From assembly GCA_963760485.1 (NCBI GenBank), contig CAVXDP010000008.1:17209-81208 (forward strand): a stretch of DNA of 64,000 bases, written 5' to 3'. This document shows positions 9,962-20,835 of this stretch, one piece after another. Below the pieces are notes generated by a model. It had not been told where the DNA came from. It did not search any database and worked only from the letters and a program-made list of their open reading frames with translations. Made by a program: the position numbers and the translations under genes. The DNA is from Candidatus Bathyarchaeota archaeon (lineage in GTDB: Archaea; Thermoproteota; Bathyarchaeia; 40CM-2-53-6; CAVXDP01). Position 1 is the stretch's first letter, and every line of letters starts with the position of its first letter.

Positions 9962-11158
9962 CTACGCTGTTATCAACTGTTCACCATTGAAGGTCAGTGA
10001 AAGTAGTAGTTTTTCGTCAGCTGCAACTACATTTGCCGGCAGAGGAACGTAGATTAGATGAGGCGCATACAGTTGGCCGTCGTGTGCTGTCCACCAGAGG
10101 AATTTTGCCAGAGCTTGCGCTTTGACTTTGGTCATGCTTGGATGAACAGACATCTCCCGGTAGAACAGCAGATAGGTGTAGGTCGCGATTGGGTACGACT
10201 GGGCGCCTTGTGCGTTGACGATGTGCAAGCGAAGATCGCTTGGATTAGGGGTTCCTGTGGCATTGCCAGCGGCATATAGGATAGTCTGCAATGTTGGGAG
10301 AACGAAGTTGCCCGCAGCATTTTTTATCGCTCCAATACCCAAGTGGCTGCTCACCGCGTAAATGACATCAACATATCCTATCGCCCCGGGAGTGTTCACC
10401 ACGGTTCCTGCAACCCCTGCGTTACCCTTGGCGCCGACGCCAAACGCCGCCTTGTCAACGGGCCATTTGACTGAGGTACTTGTGCCAACGGCCGATTTCC
10501 ACTCTCCATTTACTGTTGAAAGATAGTCTGTAAAGGCATAGGTGGTCCCGCTGCCGTCAGATCTGTGAACAGCACTGATTGCTGCGTCAGGTAAACGAAG
10601 ACCTGGATTAATAGCTTGGATCGCAGCATCGTTCCACTTGGTGATGCGCCCCAAGTATATTTCAGCCAGGATGTCTGGTGTGAAATTGACGGTAGTGCTG
10701 TTCGAAATTCCGTAGGACTGAAGATTGTAAGTTATTGCTACGCCTCCTAGCGTCTCAGGCATCAAGACAAGACCTGTAGTGTTGGCTAGCTGAGAGTCGG
10801 ATAGTGGTGCGTCCGATGCTCCGAAGTCGACTGTTTTCAGCGTTATTTGCTGGATTCCTCCTCCGCTTCCAATAGGATTGTAATTTATTGTAACGGATGG
10901 GTATAGTTTATTGTACTCCACGGTCCACTTTTGAATGAGTGGTGCTGGGAAGGTTGCACCCGCGCCCAGCAATGATACAGTCTGAGGCTGCGGATACAAC
11001 GTTGATTGAGTCATCGTGTTGGTCTCTGATTGGGTCATAGTGCTCGTCTGAGTGTATAGGTTCTGGTAAGCGAATGCGCCAGCCAGTATTACAATTATGA
11101 CAACAGCAACTACTATCACAAGTCGCGTTGCGTTTCGTTTTGGTTTTTGGTTCGACAT
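9962..11158 (-). CDS. pstS: phosphate-binding protein PstS (membrane-anchored)
   Basis: ...LLGAGATFPAPLIQKWTVEYNKLYPSVTINYNPIGSGGGIQQ... is a PstS signature. The likely start is the ATG at 11158 (MSNQKPKRNATRLVIVVAVVIIVILAGAF signal anchor). The longest ORF extends to 11230. Confidence 0.85.
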   Translation of the reverse strand: MSNQKPKRNATRLVIVVAVVIIVILAGAFAYQNLYTQTSTMTQSETNTMTQSTLYPQPQTVSLLGAGATFPAPLIQKWTVEYNKLYPSVTINYNPIGSGGGIQQITLKTVDFGASDAPLSDSQLANTTGLVLMPETLGGVAITYNLQSYGISNSTTVNFTPDILAEIYLGRITKWNDAAIQAINPGLRLPDAAISAVHRSDGSGTTYAFTDYLSTVNGEWKSAVGTSTSVKWPVDKAAFGVGAKGNAGVAGTVVNTPGAIGYVDVIYAVSSHLGIGAIKNAAGNFVLPTLQTILYAAGNATGTPNPSDLRLHIVNAQGAQSYPIATYTYLLFYREMSVHPSMTKVKAQALAKFLWWTAHDGQLYAPHLIYVPLPANVVAADEKLLLSLTFNGEQLITA

Positions 11159-11230
11159 ATTTGTCGTCTCGTCAACGACTTCGCTAAATGCAGTATTTGA
11201 TGGAATCTCACACAATCTATGTGGTGTCAC

Positions 11231-11352
11231 ATGCCTCTATATGATTCACATCACGCAACCTAAACTAGGATGAGACGATTTTCCAGTGTGAGAGAGGCAG
11301 CAGACTCGTGATGACTCAGGTGACCGTCAACGCCCAGAGGGAACAGTACGTT
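11231..11352. promoter_or_regulatory. divergent intergenic region between pstS(-) and pstB(+)
   Basis: This is the only non-coding DNA between the two halves of the split pst operon, so it is expected to hold both promoters and any phosphate-responsive operator. Confidence 0.4.
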
Positions 11353-12111
11353 ATGAAACCAAAGCTGTCCGTTGAAGAGTTGACCGCGGGCTTTGGAAGG
11401 AAGATTGTGTTGGAAGATATTTCGATTATTTTCAAGGAGAACGCCGTCACAGCCATAATTGGTCCCTCCGGGTGCGGAAAATCAACACTTATCCGGTGTT
11501 TGAACAGAATGCACGAGGTAACGCCCAGTGCTTGGGCTAAAGGTCGTGTGCTTCTGGACGGCAAGGATGTCTACGTGTCTACTGTTGATCCAGTTAGTGT
11601 GCGTCGAAGAGTTGGGATGGTGTTTCAGCGACCCAACCCATTTCCCACAATGTCAATCTCCGATAATGTCGCCGCAGGCCTAAGACTCAACGGAGTAAAA
11701 GACCGCAAACTGATTTCTGAGAAGGTTGAGGAGAACCTCAGAAAGGCGTTCCTGTGGGATGAGATTGGAGACCGACTCAAGGAATCTGGCTCCAGTCTTT
11801 CGGGAGGTCAGCAGCAGAGACTATGTATCGCACGCGCTCTAGCTATCGAACCCGAGATAGTACTGATGGACGAGCCATGCTCTGCACTAGATCCCGTGGC
11901 CAGTGCAAAGATTGAGCAACTCATTACAAAACTCAAAGAGAACTACACAGTCATCATTGTCACTCATAACATGCAGCAGGCCGCCAGAATATCCGACATG
12001 ACAGGGCTCCTGTACTTGGGGAAGCTAATTGAATATGGGCTGACTCGCCAGATATTTTCGAACCCAATTAACGAGCTTACCGAGCGATACATCAGCGGAA
12101 AGTTTGGTTAG
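11353..12111 (+). CDS. pstB: phosphate ABC transporter ATP-binding protein PstB
   Basis: Walker [10 protein letters not shown], signature LSGGQQQRL, Walker [11 protein letters not shown]. The likely start is the ATG at 11353; the longest ORF starts at 11308. Confidence 0.9.
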   Translation: MKPKLSVEELTAGFGRKIVLEDISIIFKENAVTAIIGPSGCGKSTLIRCLNRMHEVTPSAWAKGRVLLDGKDVYVSTVDPVSVRRRVGMVFQRPNPFPTMSISDNVAAGLRLNGVKDRKLISEKVEENLRKAFLWDEIGDRLKESGSSLSGGQQQRLCIARALAIEPEIVLMDEPCSALDPVASAKIEQLITKLKENYTVIIVTHNMQQAARISDMTGLLYLGKLIEYGLTRQIFSNPINELTERYISGKFG

Positions 12112-12757
12112 GCGAAACAGAATGTCAAGACTAGTTGATACCGGGTTAAATGAATTATCAAGTATTATTTCTGAAATGGCCGAACTGGCCGAGAGGACTG
12201 TAGACGCTTCAATCCGTGCCTATCTGGAAGGTGCAACAATCGACATTCAGATAAGAGCTTGGTCAGATGCACTCAGATCTCTCCACGACAGTCTAGAAGA
12301 GAAGGCAGTAGACCTTATCGCAAGATATCAACCAGTAGCAACAGACCTTAGGATGATCAAGTCAAGCATGAAGATCGCCTACGATCTGTCAAGGTTCGGT
12401 CGATACGCTCTGGACATATCGACTGTCCTGGGGACACTGAACGCCCGCGCTGAACCAGCAGACGAAACCGTGAAGAAATTGGGAAAAAAGACGGTCGAGG
12501 CGCTCCACATTGGCATGCAGATATTCAGAACTCGTAATTTCGAGCTTATGGGTAAGCTTGCAGACTTAGAAAACGAGATAGACGAACTCTATCGAACTTA
12601 CCTGCGTAACATGGTTGAGAAACCTCCAAAGAACAATCAGATTCTAATATCGAATGTCTTGGTCTCTCGGCACTTGGAGAGAATAACTGATCATGCATGC
12701 TACATTGCCGAGGAGACTTACTACATGGTGCATGGGCGAACAATGTACCTACGATGA
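12104..12757 (+). CDS. phoU: phosphate transport system regulator PhoU
   Basis: 217-aa, two PhoU repeats; immediately follows pstB. Confidence 0.8.
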   Translation: MVRRNRMSRLVDTGLNELSSIISEMAELAERTVDASIRAYLEGATIDIQIRAWSDALRSLHDSLEEKAVDLIARYQPVATDLRMIKSSMKIAYDLSRFGRYALDISTVLGTLNARAEPADETVKKLGKKTVEALHIGMQIFRTRNFELMGKLADLENEIDELYRTYLRNMVEKPPKNNQILISNVLVSRHLERITDHACYIAEETYYMVHGRTMYLR

Positions 12758-12927
12758 AGATTCAGGCAGATCCTAGCTTCCCTTTGTATGTCCATCGCAT
12801 ACTTTCCTAACCCTTTGAGTTCCTACCAGTTGGCCAGCGTGGCGCAATGATATGGGAAAGTTTCTTCTTGTATAGAGTACATTAATCCCAGACCGTGTAC
12901 AATCTGCGTTGGGTGTGATGTGAGGGC

Positions 12928-14544
12928 TTGCTGGGATATCTCGATAAACTATCGTCTAATCGCCACATTACATCCGTAATTTACATCGCGTCCGTGGCGT
13001 TCTTTCTAAGCATAGTCTTCCTACCTCCACTTCTAGGCATCCTAATGAAATGGGCTTCGATATTCCAGATATTCGAGCAACCTGTCCTTCTTGCGCGCGC
13101 TCAGTCTGCGATAGTCGCCTCGTTTGCCATCGCATTGGGCGTATCTGCTCTAGACATAGTTGCAGGTCTCCCGTTGGCGTGGATTGTTGCTAGGCAATCG
13201 ACGAAAAAATACGTTCATATCATCGACACTATGGCTGATATTCCGTTTGTTATTCCGACAGTCGCTTTGGGTTACTCGGTCCTTCTGTTTTGGAGCAAAC
13301 AAGGAATATCGGCGTTTACCGATCAAGTGCTTATTGGCCCTGGTTGGATGCTGATTGCAGTTCTACACTTTGCATTCTCATATCCAGTTGTCGTTAGGGT
13401 AATGGTGGGGGCACTTCAAGATTATGAGCGTACGCTCGAGATCGCGGCGAGAACACTAGGAGCATCACCACTTACCGCCATCAGGACGGTGTCACTGTCG
13501 GTTCTAAAACCATCTCTGGTATCATCTTTCATCTTGGCATTTGCACGATCTCTTTCTGAGACTGGTGCAACCGTGATGGTGGCTGGAACGTTCGAGAATG
13601 GCACGGTCTTTATCAAGAATGCCTCAGATGCTGGCCTTGTTAGCCCCCTCGTCTTTGTGAGTTTCGTCTTGATAGTAACTTCAACTTCGATCTTCCTTAC
13701 TATTCAGCTTCTAGGACCCAAACTCAGAATTCCGATCACGAGAGTTTGGCCGAATTTTGAAAAGTTGCTCAGCACAAACAAGGTTGTGCGATCTCGCGAT
13801 CTTCTTACATTCATCGTGTTTTTCTTCTTTATCATTATTCCTTCACTCTTTGTAGCTTTGCCGGGGACGAGGGCATTGTCTGATGGAACCTTGGGGCAAG
13901 CCCTCAATGGGTCTGGAGTGTGGTCGGGGTATTGGCAGGCAATGGGTCTCTCATACCTGATTGCATTCTTGGCAACTCTTCTCAACGTTCTCACGGGGTT
14001 GCCAATGTCGATCCTAATTGCACGAAAAAGAGTTGGAAGCGTTGAATCGACAATTCTGGATACCGCGGTGAACGTTCCCATAATTGTTCCGTCGATTGCA
14101 TTAGGGGTCTCCCTTAGCCTGTTCTGGAGCGGTCTCGCAATCCCTGAATTCTGGATTCTTGTTCTTTGTCACACCACGGTCACTTACACGTATTTTGTGC
14201 GTTCAATGGTGTCAGCGCTTCAGAGGTCCTCGCCTGAGCTCGAAGAAGTAGCTCGAACCCTAGGCGGTAAGCCTTTGACTGTATTTAGAAAAGTCACGAT
14301 GTCGCTGACGAAATATTCGATGATCTCAGGAATGATAATGGCTTTCACGAGGAGCATCGATGAGACTGGGGCGACACTGGCCGTTTCGAAGCAACTTAAA
14401 ACAGTGCCAGTTCTTCTCGTAGGATGGGTAAAGGGTACGACCCAAGTGTCATCGTCTACGATGGGATTAGGCGTAGGTATCCTCATACTGACTTCATTCG
14501 TATCTCTACTCGCGTTCAAACTCATCTCTAGGAGGGCACACTAG
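12928..14544 (+). CDS. ABC transporter permease, fused tandem (two ABC type-1 transmembrane domains; FbpB/CysTW-like)
   Basis: 538 aa with two internally repeated permease halves; followed by two ABC ATPase genes. Confidence 0.7.
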   Translation: MLGYLDKLSSNRHITSVIYIASVAFFLSIVFLPPLLGILMKWASIFQIFEQPVLLARAQSAIVASFAIALGVSALDIVAGLPLAWIVARQSTKKYVHIIDTMADIPFVIPTVALGYSVLLFWSKQGISAFTDQVLIGPGWMLIAVLHFAFSYPVVVRVMVGALQDYERTLEIAARTLGASPLTAIRTVSLSVLKPSLVSSFILAFARSLSETGATVMVAGTFENGTVFIKNASDAGLVSPLVFVSFVLIVTSTSIFLTIQLLGPKLRIPITRVWPNFEKLLSTNKVVRSRDLLTFIVFFFFIIIPSLFVALPGTRALSDGTLGQALNGSGVWSGYWQAMGLSYLIAFLATLLNVLTGLPMSILIARKRVGSVESTILDTAVNVPIIVPSIALGVSLSLFWSGLAIPEFWILVLCHTTVTYTYFVRSMVSALQRSSPELEEVARTLGGKPLTVFRKVTMSLTKYSMISGMIMAFTRSIDETGATLAVSKQLKTVPVLLVGWVKGTTQVSSSTMGLGVGILILTSFVSLLAFKLISRRAH

Positions 14545-14547
14545 GCC

Positions 14548-15663
14548 TTGCCTTCCATTCAGATGACTAACGTGACCAAACGCTTCAAAGATATTGTGGC
14601 ACTTGATCGTGTGTCCCTCAACATTAGGAATGGAGAATACGTCTGTATCCTAGGTCCAACAGGAAGCGGAAAGACTACACTGCTGCGCCTCATCGCCGGT
14701 CTAGTATCACCTGACAGTGGTAAGCTGTCGATCGACGAAAGATCTGTGGATACTTTGGCACCCGAGGACCGAGGCGTAGCCTATGTCCCACAGCAATATG
14801 CACTCTTTCCACATCTAACCGTTCTCGAAAATGTAGCTTTCTCGCCACTGGCAAGAGGACGCAGAAGAGCCGAGGCGTATGAGACCGCGCGAAAAGTACT
14901 TCGAATGGTAAGACTCGCGGAAAGAGAGACCGCTTTCCCTAATGAACTCAGTGGGGGAATGCAGCAGCGCGTGGCTCTTGCACGGGGAATCGCCTCCGGG
15001 GCGAGTTTACTTCTTCTTGACGAGCCGCTCGGTGCACTGGACGCTCGCCTACGAATGGAGTTAAGAATCGAACTCAGAAAAATGATGAAGAATCTCAACC
15101 TGACAGTTGTTCACGTGACGCACGACCAAGAAGAAGCGATGACAATTGCCGATACTATCGTGGTCCTCAAAGACGGCAGCATCCAACAGATCGGATCGTC
15201 ATTCCACATATACCAAGATCCAGCATCAATCTTCGTGGCGAACTTCGTCGGGGGATCGAACTTCCTTAGTGGAATCGTTGGCAAGACGGAACATGCCACG
15301 TCGATAGTTGAACTCAACGAAGGGATCCGAATTCGGGTCGCCGATAGATCGTACCGCCGCGGGGAACCCGTGGTCGTAGCAATTAGACGAGAAGCAACAA
15401 CACTCACGAGCCACGCCAATGCAAATGAGAACAGCATTCCTGCACGAGTCGAGAACATCAGTTTCCTCGGGTCCTTCATCGAGTATAGTGTCTTGCTCGA
15501 CAACAGGGAAACTGTCAGGTCGAAGATCCCAGCATCTCTAGTCGCCGAGGGTCGGCTTCCATTTCAAATCGATGATAGAGTGTTCGTGGTCATGAACCCA
15601 GAGGATTGCCGACTCTTTTCTTCACCTCCACTCGGCCTATCAAACGAATTGGAGGCTATCTAA
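14548..15663 (+). CDS. ABC transporter ATP-binding protein with C-terminal TOBE domain (ModC/PotA/FbpC-like)
   Basis: Walker A GPTGSGKTT, LSGGMQQRVALAR, LLLDEPLGALD; C-terminal OB-fold region. Confidence 0.8.
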   Translation: MPSIQMTNVTKRFKDIVALDRVSLNIRNGEYVCILGPTGSGKTTLLRLIAGLVSPDSGKLSIDERSVDTLAPEDRGVAYVPQQYALFPHLTVLENVAFSPLARGRRRAEAYETARKVLRMVRLAERETAFPNELSGGMQQRVALARGIASGASLLLLDEPLGALDARLRMELRIELRKMMKNLNLTVVHVTHDQEEAMTIADTIVVLKDGSIQQIGSSFHIYQDPASIFVANFVGGSNFLSGIVGKTEHATSIVELNEGIRIRVADRSYRRGEPVVVAIRREATTLTSHANANENSIPARVENISFLGSFIEYSVLLDNRETVRSKIPASLVAEGRLPFQIDDRVFVVMNPEDCRLFSSPPLGLSNELEAI

Positions 15664-16761
15664 TTGCCACAGGTCAAAGTAGAAGGTGTCAGTAAGTACT
15701 ATCCGGGGCTAACCGCGCTGGACCACGTGTCACTCGACGTATACGATGGCGAATATGTTTCCATCATAGGCCCCAGCGGATGCGGCAAGACAACCCTTCT
15801 CAGATGCATCGCCGGAATAATCGAATCGGACGGTGGGGAAATCTTGGTTGACGATCACTCTTTGATAGGGGTCCCCCCTGAAGAAAGGAACCTTGGGTAC
15901 GTCTTTCAGGAGTACGCCCTTTTCCCACACATGAATGCAGTGGAGAATGCTAGCTACGGACCTCGTGTTCGAGGTTTCTCAAATCGTCGAATTAGGAACA
16001 TAGCTAAAGAGACACTGGAGATGGTGAAGCTCAATGAGCGATCGAATGCGCGCCCGAATGAGCTTAGTGGCGGAGCCAAACAGAAACTTGCCTTGGCTCG
16101 TGCAATAGGATCAGCACCATCGTTACTACTGCTAGATGAACCGCTTGGATCGCTGGATGCAAGCGTGAGGCTAAGCCTGCGCTTGGAATTGAGAAGACTC
16201 GCTAAGGAACTCGGGTTGACTACCATCCATGTGACTCACGATCAGGAGGAAGCTATGTCAATCTCTGACAGACTGGTGATCATGAGGTCAGGACGCATAG
16301 TCGAAGTTGGAGAACCACAAAATCTCTACCTTAATCCGAAACAGATTTTTACGGCGAACTTTCTTGGTGAGGCAAATTTCATGAGGGGTATGGTAATTGC
16401 GAGTGGAAACGAGGATACAACCCTTGACATTCAAGGAGAGCGTCTAGAAATACCGAGACGAGAGATCCCGAAAGACGCTCTTGTCGCAATCAGACCACAG
16501 TTTGTGGAAGTCAGCAAGCGAGGGAAAGGATCTGAGGGATGGAGAGGCAGAATAGTCGACAAGAGTTTCCTCGGGGATGCCACACGGTTCGACTTGGAGC
16601 TTTATAATGGTCTAAAGGTGACTGCTCGAACGCCATATGTAGTGAAAGACATTGAATTGGATGTTGGAGACGAAATAATGACAAAGTTTCAAAAGGACAA
16701 GATACTTACCTTTCCGTATCCAATTGACAGCGGTCTAGAGAGTGAACTATCTGCAGGGTAG
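15664..16761 (+). CDS. second ABC transporter ATP-binding protein with C-terminal TOBE domain
   Basis: GPSGCGKTT, LSGGAKQKLALAR, LLLDEPLGSLD; a paralogue of the preceding gene. Confidence 0.8.
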   Translation: MPQVKVEGVSKYYPGLTALDHVSLDVYDGEYVSIIGPSGCGKTTLLRCIAGIIESDGGEILVDDHSLIGVPPEERNLGYVFQEYALFPHMNAVENASYGPRVRGFSNRRIRNIAKETLEMVKLNERSNARPNELSGGAKQKLALARAIGSAPSLLLLDEPLGSLDASVRLSLRLELRRLAKELGLTTIHVTHDQEEAMSISDRLVIMRSGRIVEVGEPQNLYLNPKQIFTANFLGEANFMRGMVIASGNEDTTLDIQGERLEIPRREIPKDALVAIRPQFVEVSKRGKGSEGWRGRIVDKSFLGDATRFDLELYNGLKVTARTPYVVKDIELDVGDEIMTKFQKDKILTFPYPIDSGLESELSAG

Positions 16762-16764
16762 TGA

Positions 16765-17454
16765 TTGCTGAATATGTCAGACAAATTTGAGAGCTGGTTT
16801 CTTGCGCGGCGAAGAATCAAAGCCATCGAGATGATTGAGCGCCAATCCATGATAATGCTTCAATGCGTCGATGAGTTAACCAGATGTATTGAAGCTGCTT
16901 CAGGAGGTAAAAATGCCGAAGCTGAAGCCTCTGCGAAGAGACTCGACGATAAAGAGCATGAGGGAGACGTCCTTAGGAAGTCAATAATAATGGAACTAGC
17001 CAAAGCGAATCTTCCAACATATGAGAGAACCAGCCTCATGCGTCTAGTAAGGCAAATTGACTGGATATCGGATTGGGCGCTTGAGTCAACGAATATACTG
17101 ATGCAGTTTCCATTTTCCCGCCTGCCAGAGACGCTTCGTACACTGGTAATGAGAATGTCAAAGGTCGTGAAGGATTGTGCAGTAAATGTGGCAGACTGCA
17201 TAGACAAACTCACTAGAAAGCAGATTCAAGCCTGTCTAGATGCAGCGGATCGCGTTGAGAGATTTGAAGAGGAAGTTGACGATCTACATCGCACCGCTAG
17301 GGGCGAAGTGAACAAACTCAATGACCCAAATCTCGGGATGGGATCAATAGTCCTTTTGGCCCAATTCCTAGAGGCCCTCGAAAACGTATCTGATCGATGC
17401 GAGGATGCATGTGATCAGGCTAGAGTCATAGCTGTTCTTCATTCACAAATTTAG
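16765..17454 (+). CDS. DUF47/TIGR00153-like protein (PhoU-related putative phosphate transport regulator)
   Basis: About 210-aa all-helical protein with the DUF47-like organisation. Placement directly after the transporter genes is typical for this family. Confidence 0.5.
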   Translation: MLNMSDKFESWFLARRRIKAIEMIERQSMIMLQCVDELTRCIEAASGGKNAEAEASAKRLDDKEHEGDVLRKSIIMELAKANLPTYERTSLMRLVRQIDWISDWALESTNILMQFPFSRLPETLRTLVMRMSKVVKDCAVNVADCIDKLTRKQIQACLDAADRVERFEEEVDDLHRTARGEVNKLNDPNLGMGSIVLLAQFLEALENVSDRCEDACDQARVIAVLHSQI

Positions 17455-17545
17455 ACACTGAGGCACTTCAAGCTCGAGATTGGCCACTAGATGCACTAAT
17501 GGCGTTTACAGTTCAGAAACTCGATCATGGAAACAGGACGATAAA

Positions 17546-17833
17546 CTAGTCTTTTATTGCTTCCAGGATGCTTGCAACGCTCCAGAGCTTGACTCTAGTA
17601 TACTGAGGCATATTGGGGTCTTGCGAGATCTCTTCGAGGGTGGCTATAGCGTTGGACGCTCTAACTCCAATACTGTACTGAGTGACTTGCAGCGCATCCA
17701 TGGCTTCTTTCGCGGATCTTCTTATGTTTCTCGGCGTAGTGCTGTCTTGGGACACTTCGCCCAAGACTGCGAGAGCCTGTTGGACTCTCGACTCATAGTC
17801 CGCTCTTCTCTTCGACGTCTTGGAACCAGACAT
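17546..17833 (-). CDS. UPF0147 family archaeal protein
   Basis: TPRNIRRSAKEAMDAL ... ISQDPNMPQYTRVKLWSVASILEAI matches the conserved UPF0147 motifs. Confidence 0.65.
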   Translation of the reverse strand: MSGSKTSKRRADYESRVQQALAVLGEVSQDSTTPRNIRRSAKEAMDALQVTQYSIGVRASNAIATLEEISQDPNMPQYTRVKLWSVASILEAIKD

Positions 17834-17919
17834 TGGAGATCACCGCTCAATGAAACCACAGAATAGGATCAGGGTTATTAGACCCCCCCTAAAATATCTT
17901 TCTTGTTGAGGGCCGAAAG

Positions 17920-18267
17920 TTGAGTGACGAAATCAAGCGCATGGCCGACCTCCTCAAATCAGGCGCAAGCATGCTCTCGGAAATGTGTCCTCAATGTAAG
18001 AGTCCACTATTCAGGATCAAGGACGACCTCTTTTGCGTGAAATGCAACCGCCCTGTCGTAGTAGTCAAGGCGACTGAGGACGAAAATGGCGTGATCGCAG
18101 CCCAAGCCCTTGGAAACCTTGAGCGAACAGCCTTGATGAAGATCGATGAGATCAACTCCCTATTGAAGGTTGAGAAGGATTCTGAAAAAATCGAGAAACT
18201 ACGACTTTCATCATCGGATTGGCTGACCATTGTTGAGAGGGTCAGAAGACTGAAAGGCTTGTCATGA
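17920..18267 (+). CDS. Zn-ribbon protein (autoantigen p27/UPF0148-like)
   Basis: LLKSGASMLSEMCPQCKSPLF...CVKCNRP pattern. Confidence 0.45.
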   Translation: MSDEIKRMADLLKSGASMLSEMCPQCKSPLFRIKDDLFCVKCNRPVVVVKATEDENGVIAAQALGNLERTALMKIDEINSLLKVEKDSEKIEKLRLSSSDWLTIVERVRRLKGLS

Positions 18268-19020
18268 ACTCTTTTCCTCATACCTCATCGTAACGACCTC
18301 TCTAATTCTCTGAGACTTCTTTCTTCCTATTCCGTCAACATTCTGCAGTTCCTTCTCGGAGGCAGAGAATACTCTTTCAATAGTTCGAAACTTGTTCAAT
18401 AGTCGCTTCGCCAAAACCCTCTCAACATGGGGTAGGCCTGCGACAATATACTCCTGCGCATCATGAATGCTGAGCGGTTTCTTCTCTGACCTGATCTGTG
18501 GCAGTCGCTTCTCGATTAGTTGCTCCCTTCTAGCCATCGAAAAAATCAGCAAAGCCGTCTCAGACGCGTTTCTTGTCCAGATAATCGGGACCTCGTAGTC
18601 GATCAGAAGACTCGAGACGGCACCCATTACTGCCTGCGGTCGGATGTTCCTTCGCGTATAAAGCGTGCTTCCCTCTATTAGGAAGAATGGTTTTTCGTAG
18701 GAATTCTTCAGGCCGATCGCTTGGCTGAATAACCTCCCATCTATGATCGATGAAGAAAAGTCATGTGCAGTCTTCCGTTCGATCGCAACTCTCTCAGACA
18801 AGAGAAAGTCACCCACCTCAAGTCTTCTGAGGTCAAGCCTCACGTCGTATTGCATCAGCTCCTTCATGGCCTGGGAGCCTGACTCCCTAGTGTCAGCTAT
18901 GATAACGATCTTTCGCTGATGAGAATCGCCTCCAACCCCAGGGGCTTTCACGTATGCATCAAGATTCGGTACCATCTGTTTTTTCCCGAAAGTTAACTTG
19001 TCTTTCAAAGACCCGTTCAT
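18262..19020 (-). CDS. XPF/ERCC4-family structure-specific endonuclease (short form, nuclease + HhH2, no helicase domain)
   Basis: ERKTAHDF nuclease motif; C-terminal HhH (LQNVDGIGRKKSQRI). Confidence 0.7.
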   Translation of the reverse strand: MNGSLKDKLTFGKKQMVPNLDAYVKAPGVGGDSHQRKIVIIADTRESGSQAMKELMQYDVRLDLRRLEVGDFLLSERVAIERKTAHDFSSSIIDGRLFSQAIGLKNSYEKPFFLIEGSTLYTRRNIRPQAVMGAVSSLLIDYEVPIIWTRNASETALLIFSMARREQLIEKRLPQIRSEKKPLSIHDAQEYIVAGLPHVERVLAKRLLNKFRTIERVFSASEKELQNVDGIGRKKSQRIREVVTMRYEEKSS

Positions 19021-19227
19021 GTATCAATCTCCAACAAATATACCCGCAAATTCTACAATCGTTCTACCGACATCGAGCTACTTAGTCTCCTCTCGATCGC
19101 TTGATAGTGATGAAAAGGGTTTCCAAACAAGCCTGAGGGCAACCCTTAATGATTGTAAGACATCAGAACTTGAATATTAGATGGTTGCTGCATATTTGCG
19201 ATATACCCAGATCGAGGATTTGGTAAT

Positions 19228-19857
19228 TTGGCCACGTCGGACGATTGGAATGAGCCGAAGCTAGTCTATAGAAGAGGCCGCAGGCCCAAGGGCCTCAAGC
19301 CTGTCAGTAGACGACCAGACAGATCGAGGTTTCAATACAGAACCTTTCCGCAGAGAATTCACGGAAGGGCAGTTCTGAATTACAGCACCGAAAACGCAGC
19401 AATCCAGAAGATTCTGATCAAGATATTGAAGGAATTCAACAAATTGCGGCTCGACACCTCAATCAGTGTGGCGGACCGGGAAGGATACTTGGACGGTTGG
19501 ATCGCCTTTGAAGTCGGAATTGCGAATAACAATTACTTCAGTTACCTGGACGGTCTCGAGGAGCGGCTAGTAAATGATATCATTACCAAGCAAGGCACAT
19601 TGCCTATTGTCGATTTCATGATAGTAGCGAGGTACTTAGTTAATGACCGTCAGAGACACCCTATCAGGACTGATAGCTACTTGCTTCGTTTCATAGCATC
19701 CCAGGAGTATACCATGGAAGCCTATCTTTCTCATTTGAAAGGAATAAGGCGGGTGAACCCGGACGAATTGATAATGATGATAGCGAAGGAATTGGATCGT
19801 CAATCAAAAGCTAGTTATGACATGGGTGTGAAGATCGAGTTACTTAGAACAGCGTAA
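19228..19857 (+). CDS. hypothetical protein
   Basis: 209-aa ORF; no recognisable family. Confidence 0.35.
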   Translation: MATSDDWNEPKLVYRRGRRPKGLKPVSRRPDRSRFQYRTFPQRIHGRAVLNYSTENAAIQKILIKILKEFNKLRLDTSISVADREGYLDGWIAFEVGIANNNYFSYLDGLEERLVNDIITKQGTLPIVDFMIVARYLVNDRQRHPIRTDSYLLRFIASQEYTMEAYLSHLKGIRRVNPDELIMMIAKELDRQSKASYDMGVKIELLRTA

Positions 19858-19896
19858 TGATTTCAGAAACGCTCGATTTACAAAATGTCCTCGTGA

Positions 19897-20835
19897 TCAC
19901 AAAAAGGGAATAGAGTATCGTCTTCTAAGAATATCGACATGTCTCAGTGAAGCTTCAAATCGATCGCAAGCGTACTTCTCGAAATCGAAGTCTAGTTCAG
20001 AAACGTTTTGCTGGATCATCGCCCATAAAGCCCAGAAGAAGTCGGCAAGGAACTTGTAATAGTCTATCGCACGCTGTGCGACTTTCTTTCCATCTCCAAA
20101 ATACAATTCAAGTATGTGATTCTCATCAGTCTCGGTGAAGATATTCTCATGTTCAATCAAGAAGTTGGCGATTTCAAAGCGGGGGTCATTCATTCCTCCG
20201 AGTTCCCAGTCTATTATGTGTACGATCCCATCAGAGAGGATGAAGTTCTCTGACAAGAGATCATTATGGCACGGGACAAGTGGCACCTGATCTCTTTCAA
20301 GTTCGTCTCGAAGCAACTGTGCTAGGGTGAGAAATTTCTCTGTTGGATAATGATTCATCTTATGGACTCTGAGGCTTCTCAATCGCTTTGCGTAGCGATC
20401 TATCTCCATAAAGACGTTGAAAACTCTACGCAGTTCAACACCACATTCATGAATTCGCTTGACAGAAGCAATGGCGTTTACCCTGACTTCAGGATTACTA
20501 AAATCCTCATTCTCGGCAGTTATTCCAGGTACAAATGAGAAGATCGATATCTTGCTATCTTCTTTGTAATCTATTACTCCTGGAATGACTCCCGTTGGGT
20601 TTGAATTAGCTTCCCATATGAGGCCACTTGGTTCAAGCGCTCTCAAATCTGATATTTCTCCATCTCTGTCTGAGAAGAACTCAGTATTCCTTCCGGGAAT
20701 TCTCACTTTGTAGAGCTTGTCCTGATCTTCGACTAGGTAATTCTTGTTGCTGATTCCACCCCTGAGAGTGCTGATTCTAACAGGTCTCTGCACCCATTCC
20801 TCTCTTAGGTGTCTCACGAAATCTGTGTCGTTCAT
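19897..20835 (-). CDS. APH/choline-kinase-like phosphotransferase family protein
   Basis: Brenner motif HNDLLSENFIL and IDWELGG (DxE) region. Confidence 0.6.
   Translation of the reverse strand: MNDTDFVRHLREEWVQRPVRISTLRGGISNKNYLVEDQDKLYKVRIPGRNTEFFSDRDGEISDLRALEPSGLIWEANSNPTGVIPGVIDYKEDSKISIFSFVPGITAENEDFSNPEVRVNAIASVKRIHECGVELRRVFNVFMEIDRYAKRLRSLRVHKMNHYPTEKFLTLAQLLRDELERDQVPLVPCHNDLLSENFILSDGIVHIIDWELGGMNDPRFEIANFLIEHENIFTETDENHILELYFGDGKKVAQRAIDYYKFLADFFWALWAMIQQNVSELDFDFEKYACDRFEASLRHVDILRRRYSIPFL

Noticed and set aside
17480-17866. 128-aa plus-strand ORF
   Set aside because: Antisense to the conserved UPF0147 gene (17546..17833) and without protein-like features.
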